64,000 nt of DNA, from assembly GCA_964442455.1 (NCBI GenBank), contig CAYTZB010000001.1:85910-149909 (forward strand), given 5' to 3'. Below are positions 8,396 through 15,380 of the stretch, in pieces. The notes beneath the pieces are model-generated. The model saw only the letters and a list, made by a program, of their open reading frames with translations. It did no database searches and was not told the DNA's origin. Each line of letters opens with the position of its first letter. Within the stretch, counting starts at the first letter, position 1. The translations under genes and the position numbers were made by a program. The DNA is from an uncultured Gammaproteobacteria bacterium. GTDB lineage: Bacteria; Patescibacteriota; Microgenomatia; UBA8517; JACQJR01.

Positions 8396-10126
8396 ATGGA
8401 TAATAGAGCTCGTTTTGTGGGAATACTGCTTGGCGCAGGCACACTTTTACTGATAGGACGACTTTTCTTTTGGCAAGTTGTGAAGGGAGCACAACTTGCT
8501 CAATATGCACGTTCTCAATACCTTCGCGCTGAAGAAATTGCAACACAGCGAGGTTCAATACTTGCCAACGATGGGGGGGTACTCGCGACCTCTCAAATTA
8601 CATGGCAAGTGTGGGCAGATCCGACAAAACTCACCAAAACGCCCGTTGATATTGCCCGTCTTTTGGCGCCTATTTTTTCCCGAGAACTACTCCCGGAAGA
8701 TGCTTCGGGAGAAGCTGAGCTTTCTTTTATTGAGAGAAAAGAGGAGCAACTGGAGAAAGCACTTGCCAAGCGTGATATACGGTGGGTGCTTCTTGCCGAT
8801 AAGTTGTCAAATGAGGGAAAACGCGTAGTTGAGAATTTGTCACTTCCCGGAGTGGGATGGACACTGGGGGAAAAACGGTTTTATCCCGAGGGAAGCGCGG
8901 CCGCGCACTTATTGGGATTTGTGGGAAAAGATGAGAGCGGAGAGCGGGGATATTTTGGACTAGAAGGGTTTTATGATATAACGCTTAAAGGTGTGAAAGG
9001 GATACAGAGAGCGGAGCGTGATGTGCGGGGAAATCCTATCCCTTTTGGGTTGTTTAATGAGATTGCCCCAACACAGGGACTTGATATCGTGACGTTTATT
9101 GACCGAACGGTACAGTATATTATAGAGAGGCATTTAGCTTCTGGTATTGAAAAATATGGGGCAAAGGGAGGCAGTGTGGTAGTGATGAAGCCGACAGGAG
9201 AGATACTTGCAAGTGCAACTTTTCCCTCATATGACCACACGCGGTACAGCGAAGCCGACTCATCTCTGTTTAAAAATCCGGCGGTTGCCGACTCATTTGA
9301 GCCGGGGTCTGTATTTAAGATTCTTGTGATGGCAGCGGCACTGGATAGCGGAGCGGTCAAGCCGGATATGCGATGTGACGCATGCAGCGGGCCAGTGACG
9401 ATTGGAAAATATCAAATTCATACGTGGGATGACAAGTATTACCCCGAGACAAGTATGACAGATATAATCAAACATTCAGATAACATTGGGATGGTTTTTG
9501 TAGGTGGGAAATTGGGGGGAGATAAAATGTGGGATTATTTGAATAGGTTTGGGATTGGGCGATTAACCGGTATCGATCTTCAAGAAGAATCAACGTCAGA
9601 GCTTAGGCCAAAGGGTAGGTGGGGTGATATTGATGTGGCAACCGCGTCATTCGGGCAGGGGGTTGCGGTGACCCCCGCTCAGTTACTCCGAGCGGTTGCG
9701 GCGATTGCCAATCATGGTGTTCTTCCGGTACCCCGGGTTGTAGATAAGATGAGAGAAGGTACATGGGAAGAGGAGACTGAGGTAAAAGACGAAGGAAGAG
9801 TAATTAGCGAGGATGCAGCGGTGAAAATTACAGAGATGATGATTGAAGCTGTACGCGCAGGTGAGGCAAAATGGGCAGCACCAAAGGGATTTTTGATTGC
9901 GGGAAAAACCGGAACCGCACAAATTCCTATTGCCGGACACTACGATCCTGAAAAAACAATTGCATCATTTATTGGTTTTGCGCCTGCGGACTCGCCAGAA
10001 TTTGTCATGCTCGTCTCGCTTAGAGAGCCAACATCGTCTCCTTTTGGTTCCGAAACAGCCGCGCCTCTTTGGTTTTCTATTGCCCGTGACCTCTTTCCAT
10101 ATTTCGGCATTGGTCCATCTCAATAA
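8396..10126 (+). CDS. ftsI: peptidoglycan D,D-transpeptidase FtsI (class B PBP)
   Basis: N-terminal TM, dimerisation domain, SxxK (SVFK), SxN (SDN) and KTG(T) motifs. ATG 8396 directly follows the ftsL stop. The longer caller ORF from 8213 is an upstream extension. Confidence 0.9.
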   Translation: MDNRARFVGILLGAGTLLLIGRLFFWQVVKGAQLAQYARSQYLRAEEIATQRGSILANDGGVLATSQITWQVWADPTKLTKTPVDIARLLAPIFSRELLPEDASGEAELSFIERKEEQLEKALAKRDIRWVLLADKLSNEGKRVVENLSLPGVGWTLGEKRFYPEGSAAAHLLGFVGKDESGERGYFGLEGFYDITLKGVKGIQRAERDVRGNPIPFGLFNEIAPTQGLDIVTFIDRTVQYIIERHLASGIEKYGAKGGSVVVMKPTGEILASATFPSYDHTRYSEADSSLFKNPAVADSFEPGSVFKILVMAAALDSGAVKPDMRCDACSGPVTIGKYQIHTWDDKYYPETSMTDIIKHSDNIGMVFVGGKLGGDKMWDYLNRFGIGRLTGIDLQEESTSELRPKGRWGDIDVATASFGQGVAVTPAQLLRAVAAIANHGVLPVPRVVDKMREGTWEEETEVKDEGRVISEDAAVKITEMMIEAVRAGEAKWAAPKGFLIAGKTGTAQIPIAGHYDPEKTIASFIGFAPADSPEFVMLVSLREPTSSPFGSETAAPLWFSIARDLFPYFGIGPSQ

Positions 10127-10268
10127 ATATCTTGACAACAGCCGAAAATATGTAATACCCTTTACGTAGGACATAAAACCTGTTTCAAAACTTGCGCATC
10201 AGCTTTACTGGTTTGCTTAAGGTAGGTTTTGTGAAGCCGTTTTGAAACGACTTCATAGTAATTAATTT

Positions 10269-10646
10269 ATGTCAGCAGAACTGCCCCGCTGGACGTTTGA
10301 TGCTGCTGGGAGACCCCAAGACTTAATTCATAATGGAAAAATTGTGCTTCAAGACGGAAGACCAGTATTTGCGGAGAATAATTGTATTACTTTCGAGGAA
10401 GGCAAAAGTGGTGCACTTTTAGTAATCCGTGAACCAGAGAGTTCCGTATCATCATCTCTTTACATATTACGGCCAGAAGTAGGTAACTTTAGACTTATTC
10501 AAAATAGTATTGAGAGGAGGTTAAGTCTCGTGCCTTTGAGCGGGCAAATCGATGGAAACGGAAGGTCATTCACAATTCCCGACATGAGTTCAGTTTTGAG
10601 ACAAATAAGACTTCGTTTAGAAAAGCTTCCAAGAACCTCGCAATAA
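10269..10646 (+). CDS. hypothetical protein (accessory insertion in dcw cluster)
   Basis: 125-aa ORF. A TTGACA plus TGTAATAC-like promoter lies upstream. No recognised domain. Confidence 0.45.
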   Translation: MSAELPRWTFDAAGRPQDLIHNGKIVLQDGRPVFAENNCITFEEGKSGALLVIREPESSVSSSLYILRPEVGNFRLIQNSIERRLSLVPLSGQIDGNGRSFTIPDMSSVLRQIRLRLEKLPRTSQ

Positions 10647-10650
10647 CTTC

Positions 10651-10675
10651 TTTTGAACTTAATTGTGGTATAATT
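10651..10675 (+). promoter_or_regulatory. duplicated copy of the murE extended -10 promoter (TTTTGAACTTAATTGTGGTATAATT)
   Basis: About 88% identical to 12441-12466 (one gap, two mismatches), including TGTGGTATAAT. It is followed only by a 3-codon ORF. Confidence 0.4.
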
Positions 10676-10842
10676 CTTTGTTAAATCGTATGAATTGTTA
10701 AACAATTCTTAGCCTTGAATTTTTGAAACTTAGATGTGTAGGCACCTTCGAGGTGTACGCAGGTATGGTACTATTACCACACTACAGAATATGGCAGTTG
10801 TTTAGTAATCTAATGATTTAAATCACTGGATCAGTATGTTGG

Positions 10843-10870
10843 TTGACAAACGGATTACATTTGCTATAGT
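10843..10870 (+). promoter_or_regulatory. promoter TTGACA, 16-nt spacer, TATAGT for the 10883 gene
   Basis: Paralogous to 11844-11871. The shared tail is TATAGTTAAGCTnAATTTAT before the ATG. Confidence 0.45.
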
Positions 10871-10882
10871 TAAGCTAAATTT

Positions 10883-11701
10883 ATGGCAGCTTCAATTGCT
10901 GAACGATTGGGGGTGACTTTAGAGCGTTTAGGTAAGGGGTTACAAGAAAGAGCAAGACCAAAAGAATCAACTTCTCCGGAACTTCTTCGTGATAAAGCAT
11001 TAGAATTATGGAGATTGACTGCTCCTGGACGCAAAGCTGATCCAAGCACCTCTGCTATTTCTTATTTCGTTTTCTCCTCTTCAGAAGGAGTTACTGCAGA
11101 CACTCAGGAAAAACAACTATTTGATGATTTATTAAAACCATATTGGCATGTCCATGATTATGATGGTTTTATGGTTATACTTTCAGTAAATCCGGATAAA
11201 CTTCCTAGTGTTTCATTTAAACTCTCCATTTTAGCTCCAGCTCCACCACAATTACCCTTTGAAGGTAAGTCTGCTGTTTTAGCATTTAGAGAATTTCCTC
11301 CAGATAGGAGTCGAAGGAGAGACTATCCTTATAATTTGCTTATTCAAGGAGAAAATAGAAATTTTTATTCTGATATATTGGATCAAGAAGTTACCGGTTT
11401 TGATCCTACTCAAGGATTACAATGGCAACAATTAGAAAAATACTCTGTTGATTATCAACCAAGAGGTGATATTGAATGGAGAAAAAAATTCACAAGCGAT
11501 GTTCTTGATCTCTTAATCGATATTATTAAAAAAATAGGATACGATGAAGTTGCTCAGGCTAGGATGGATCAATTTTGGAGGAGAAGTAGCATGATTCGGG
11601 GACGGTGGCTTGGTGAAGTTGAAAGTGAAAATCGGGAAGTAGATTATCGCCGACATTTTAATAATACTTCCTTGTCCCGCCGTAACAGGTTTAGTGTTTA
11701 A
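10883..11701 (+). CDS. hypothetical protein (accessory insertion in dcw cluster)
   Basis: 272-aa ORF with a consensus promoter and no recognised domain. Confidence 0.5.
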   Translation: MAASIAERLGVTLERLGKGLQERARPKESTSPELLRDKALELWRLTAPGRKADPSTSAISYFVFSSSEGVTADTQEKQLFDDLLKPYWHVHDYDGFMVILSVNPDKLPSVSFKLSILAPAPPQLPFEGKSAVLAFREFPPDRSRRRDYPYNLLIQGENRNFYSDILDQEVTGFDPTQGLQWQQLEKYSVDYQPRGDIEWRKKFTSDVLDLLIDIIKKIGYDEVAQARMDQFWRRSSMIRGRWLGEVESENREVDYRRHFNNTSLSRRNRFSV

Positions 11702-11843
11702 CTGTAATCGGTATTTTGAGGCTAATTAATGGTGCAGACACACCTTCGAGGTGTACGCAGGTATGGTACTATTACCACACTCGGTGTATGGTAGTTGTAC
11801 AACGACTCTAATGATATGTATTATTAGAGCGATACCTTTTTTA

Positions 11844-11871
11844 TTGACAATTGAATCCTCTCTGATATAGT
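11844..11871 (+). promoter_or_regulatory. promoter TTGACA, 16-nt spacer, TATAGT for the 11894 gene
   Basis: Duplicate of the 10843-10870 architecture. Confidence 0.45.
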
Positions 11872-11893
11872 TAAGCTGAATTTATAAGCTATT

Positions 11894-12445
11894 ATGACTG
11901 AATTAAGTCGCACCGACGGATTAGGAGAACCAGGTGAGCATGAAGCGTTTGAAGAATTAGATCCTCACAGAATTGCCCAACTTTTTGGAACAACAGCGAA
12001 ATTAACTTATTATGAAATTCGTTATGAGCTTGAAACAAATAAAGAAATTAAGAGAATTCCTGTGTGGGTGATTGATATTATAGAAAGGTCAAAATTAAGA
12101 CTTGTACAGCTATTCGTTGCACCAGAGATAAGACAAGTAGGTGTGGTTTCTAGTTTGCTTTTCAGCTCAAATTTACCACCCAACGTTGAGCCTGATCGGT
12201 ACGGTGAGACAAACCATACAGCCCGACTTGAGGGTGTGCAACAAGTTGAAGTTCGAAGATATCCTTTTTCCTCCCCATATACCAACGTAAGTTTTATTAT
12301 AGAAGACGAAAAAACAAAGTCAGTGCTACAAGTTGACTCTCGAGCAACATTCAGATTTGACTTTATGCAGAAAGAAGAATTAGGTAAGTATGCAATAGGT
12401 TTAGAAGAGATAAGGAACTTTTTCCGACGCGTTTCTCATTTTTGA
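11894..12445 (+). CDS. hypothetical protein (accessory insertion in dcw cluster)
   Basis: 183-aa ORF with no recognised domain. Its stop lies inside the murE promoter repeat. Confidence 0.5.
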   Translation: MTELSRTDGLGEPGEHEAFEELDPHRIAQLFGTTAKLTYYEIRYELETNKEIKRIPVWVIDIIERSKLRLVQLFVAPEIRQVGVVSSLLFSSNLPPNVEPDRYGETNHTARLEGVQQVEVRRYPFSSPYTNVSFIIEDEKTKSVLQVDSRATFRFDFMQKEELGKYAIGLEEIRNFFRRVSHF

Positions 12446-12455
12446 ACCTAAATCG

Positions 12456-12464
12456 TGGTATAAT
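12456..12464 (+). promoter_or_regulatory. extended -10 promoter TGgTATAAT for murE (leaderless configuration)
   Basis: TGGTATAAT at 12456-12464. The ATG at 12472 starts 7 nt after the -10. Confidence 0.45.
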
Positions 12465-12471
12465 TTACATA

Positions 12472-13818
12472 ATGGATGTGGTGAAGACGGTATTTGGGAA
12501 GAGTCGTTGGTATGGGCCGATCAGAAACTTCCAACACTTCGTAGAAGCAGTCTTCGCAGTTATTAAAAATGGATATCCTGCGCGAGATTTAACGGTTATT
12601 GGTGTGACAGGAACAGACGGAAAGACAACAACGTCGCACATTATCTCATCAATTCTTCAAGAAGCAGGAATTAAAACTGCGCTTATCTCAAGCGTCGGTG
12701 CATTTATTGGTGATGAGGAGGTCGATACAGGCTTCCATGTAACGACTCCTGATCCAAAATTACTTCAACCACTTCTCGTAAAGATTAAAGAGAAAGGAAT
12801 AACCCATGTTGTTATAGAAGCAACATCTCATGGACTTGACCAACACAGACTTCTTGGATGTAATTTTAAAGTGGGAGTTTTGACAAATATTACTCATGAA
12901 CATTTAGATTACCATCAGACGTTTGAAAGATATAGAGACGCTAAAGTAAAGTTGTTTCGCGGTGTTAAAACTGCTGTTTTAAATAGAGACGATGACTCAT
13001 TTTCCTACATAAAATCAAAAACAAATCCTGGTACTCGTGTCATTGCTTACAGCGTAAAACAAAATGCTACGTTATGGGCAGATAAAGTTTCATTTAATTG
13101 GAAGGGTATGGAATTTCGTGTGAGAGAAGGAAGATCAAGTATTACGCTTACAACAAAACTTATTGGTGAATATAATGTTTCAAATATACTCGCTGCTGTT
13201 GGAGTCGCGCGCGGAATTGGAATTTCATGGGAAGCGATTAAGGAAGGGGTCGAAAGGTTTGGAGGAATTCCAGGAAGGATGGAAAGAGTTGATGAAGGAC
13301 AAACGTTTGCCACCTTTATTGATTTTGCACATACACCAGCGGCTCTTGAGAGCGTATTGACACTTCTTAAGAAATTAAAAACTCGAGATAGTAAACTCAT
13401 CGTTGTATTTGGAGCAGCAGGAGAACGGGATGTTAGCAAGAGGGCTTTGATGGGTGAAATTGCCGCCCGTTTGGCTGATTTTACCGTGTTGACTGCCGAG
13501 GATCCGCGTACCGAGAATCTTAACAGGATTATTGATGATATTACACGGGGGATAAGGCAAAATGCTAAAGTGTGGGATGGTGTTGTGGATTGGAGAAAAG
13601 AAGGAAGCTGGTGTATTCGAGTTCCTGAGCGGGGTGAAGCGATTGCATTTGCCGCTCAAAAGTTGGCGAAAGGTGGGGATATTTTGGTGATTTGCGGAAA
13701 AGGCCATGAGAAATCAATGGCATTTGATCACACCGAATACCCATGGTCAGACCAGGAAGCAGCTAGGGTAGCGCTCAAAGGGAAAATTAAAAGAGTAAAA
13801 AGAGGACAATTAACCTAA
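12472..13818 (+). CDS. murE: UDP-N-acetylmuramoyl-L-alanyl-D-glutamate--2,6-diaminopimelate (or L-lysine) ligase MurE
   Basis: Mur ligase P-loop GVTGTDGKTTT, central and C-terminal Mur ligase domains, DAP/Lys-binding region. Start ATG 12472 (MDVVK) is preferred over ATG 12442, which overlaps the promoter. Confidence 0.9.
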   Translation: MDVVKTVFGKSRWYGPIRNFQHFVEAVFAVIKNGYPARDLTVIGVTGTDGKTTTSHIISSILQEAGIKTALISSVGAFIGDEEVDTGFHVTTPDPKLLQPLLVKIKEKGITHVVIEATSHGLDQHRLLGCNFKVGVLTNITHEHLDYHQTFERYRDAKVKLFRGVKTAVLNRDDDSFSYIKSKTNPGTRVIAYSVKQNATLWADKVSFNWKGMEFRVREGRSSITLTTKLIGEYNVSNILAAVGVARGIGISWEAIKEGVERFGGIPGRMERVDEGQTFATFIDFAHTPAALESVLTLLKKLKTRDSKLIVVFGAAGERDVSKRALMGEIAARLADFTVLTAEDPRTENLNRIIDDITRGIRQNAKVWDGVVDWRKEGSWCIRVPERGEAIAFAAQKLAKGGDILVICGKGHEKSMAFDHTEYPWSDQEAARVALKGKIKRVKRGQLT

Positions 13819-13929
13819 TTGACCTAATTATTCTAATTTCTAAAGAATGTCTAATGACAATTTTAAGAATTTCATATTTGGGATTTCTTTAGGTTAATTA
13901 GAAATTAGTAATTAGAAATTTAAGTTTTT
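13795..13929. repeat. AT-rich intergenic repeat element B (CTAATT / TTAGAAATTAG motifs), copy 1
   Basis: Shares ATTAACCTAATTnACCTAATT, ATTTGGGATTT and AATTAGAAAT modules with 36437-36592. It contains the internal inverted repeat CTAATTTCTAA/TTAGAAATTAG. Confidence 0.5.
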
Positions 13930-15354
13930 ATGGATATAAAAACTTTGAAACATATCCATTTCACCGGCATTAAGGGTGTCGGTATGACAGCGCTTGTCTT
14001 ATGTGCACAGGATTTGGGGATAAAGGTAACCGGTTCTGATGTTGCCGAGGTATTTGTGACGGATGAGACACTAGAAAAGCGTGGGATAAGATGGAATGTG
14101 GGATTTGGTGAAAAGAATTTAGACCCGAGGCCTGATTTAGTTATTACCACCGGTGCTCATGGTGGATTACGCAATCCTGAGGTAGTGGCAGCACAAAAAA
14201 TGGGTATCCGAGTGTTAACACACGCCCAGGCGCTGTATGAATTTACGAAGGGGAAAGAAGTTATCGCGGTATGCGGAGTAGGTGGTAAATCAACGACCTG
14301 CGCAATGATTGCAACGATTTTTGATGAAGCAGGACTTCATCCGTCGTTTGCTATAGGCGTGGGGGACATTCCATCACTTGGTGCTCCGGGAAGATACGAT
14401 AAGAAGGGGAACGTGTTTATTGTTGAGGCGGACGAATATGCAATTTCTCCGGGGGTTGATAACCGGCCGCGGTTTAGTCTACTTTCTCCGCGAGTCATTG
14501 TTGTTACTAATATTGAGCATGACCATCCTGACATTTATAAAACTTTAGAGGATACGAAAAGAGCGTTTCGAGAATTTTTTGAAAAATTACCCAGCGATGG
14601 TTTGCTTGTTGCAAATGGAAACAGTGAGAATGTCCGCACGATAACTAAAAATCTCAAAGTAAGAGTTATAATGTACGATATTGAAAATTTAGAACTTTCT
14701 ATTCCTGGTAAGTTTAATCAGGCAAATGCGACTGCAGCTTCTGCAGTTGCAAAATTTTATAACAGCATTCAAGAATACTCCGCAATTTATTGCGGAGATG
14801 AATTGAACGCTGATATGTCATCCTCCTTTAGAGGGAAACCCAGCTCGTTAGAGCGGGGAGGATGTCATAAAATCCCAGAAGAAATAATTAAAAGAGGACT
14901 CCAAAATTTTAAAGGTGTTAGACGTCGGTTTGAAAAAATGGGTGAAATAAATGGAGTATTGTTTTATGATGATTACGCTCATACCCCAAATGAAATAAGG
15001 GCTACACTAGGAGCCGCTCGTGAATGGTTTAATAACCAACGCATAGTTGCAGTTTTTCAACCTCATACCTATTCTCGAACAAAAGCGTTACTTAGCGAAT
15101 TCGCGAAGAGTTTTAGTGATTCGGACATAGTTGGAGTTATGGATATTTATGCTTCCGCTCGGGAGAATGATACTTTAGGTATGTCGGGAGAGCTACTTGC
15201 AAAAGAAATTTCTCGATACCACAAAAATGTTGCCTATACGGGTAATCATGAACGAACTATTGAGTGGATTAAAAAAAATAGTAAAAGCGGTGATATAGTT
15301 TTGACTTTAGGGGCAGGCGATATTTTTTTATTGCACAGGATAATTAATTCATAA
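13930..15354 (+). CDS. murC: UDP-N-acetylmuramate--L-alanine ligase MurC (carries an in-frame 38-codon repeat-element insertion)
   Basis: N-terminus HIHFTGIKGVGMTAL, P-loop GVGGKSTT, and C-terminal DDYAHTPNEI. An extra 38 aa sit between the conserved AVAKF and IPEEIIKRGLQNFKGVRRRFE. Confidence 0.9.
   Translation: MDIKTLKHIHFTGIKGVGMTALVLCAQDLGIKVTGSDVAEVFVTDETLEKRGIRWNVGFGEKNLDPRPDLVITTGAHGGLRNPEVVAAQKMGIRVLTHAQALYEFTKGKEVIAVCGVGGKSTTCAMIATIFDEAGLHPSFAIGVGDIPSLGAPGRYDKKGNVFIVEADEYAISPGVDNRPRFSLLSPRVIVVTNIEHDHPDIYKTLEDTKRAFREFFEKLPSDGLLVANGNSENVRTITKNLKVRVIMYDIENLELSIPGKFNQANATAASAVAKFYNSIQEYSAIYCGDELNADMSSSFRGKPSSLERGGCHKIPEEIIKRGLQNFKGVRRRFEKMGEINGVLFYDDYAHTPNEIRATLGAAREWFNNQRIVAVFQPHTYSRTKALLSEFAKSFSDSDIVGVMDIYASARENDTLGMSGELLAKEISRYHKNVAYTGNHERTIEWIKKNSKSGDIVLTLGAGDIFLLHRIINS
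14759..14872. mobile_element. 114-bp palindromic MITE/RPE-like element A, copy 1 (inside murC, in frame)
   Basis: Same architecture as 58032-58144 and the truncated 25471-25537. It has a conserved 5' arm (TATAACAGCATTCAAGAA), three hairpins with compensatory changes, and a near-inverted 3' arm (GGAGGATGTCATA). Confidence 0.7.
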
Positions 15355-15362
15355 TATCGATA

Positions 15363-15380
15363 TATTCATATATGAATATC
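15363..15380. promoter_or_regulatory. 18-nt perfect palindrome ATATTCATATATGAATAT overlapping the murB start codon
   Basis: Self-complementary. The same core, ATATTCATATATGAATA, recurs at 52865-52881. Confidence 0.35.

Noticed and set aside
12442-12471. ATG 12442 as the murE start, and likewise GTG 18249, TTG 37761, ATG 36491 (ftsZ), ATG 21025 (murD) and ATG 16858 (murF)
   Set aside because: Each extension would place a perfect promoter box or the upstream gene inside the CDS, or add non-conserved N-terminal residues. Downstream ATGs give canonical N-termini.
13795-13929. CRISPR array suggested by the short CTAATT-type repeats
   Set aside because: The repeat units are 8-11 nt, irregular, and lack unique spacers of uniform length. 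No cas genes are nearby.
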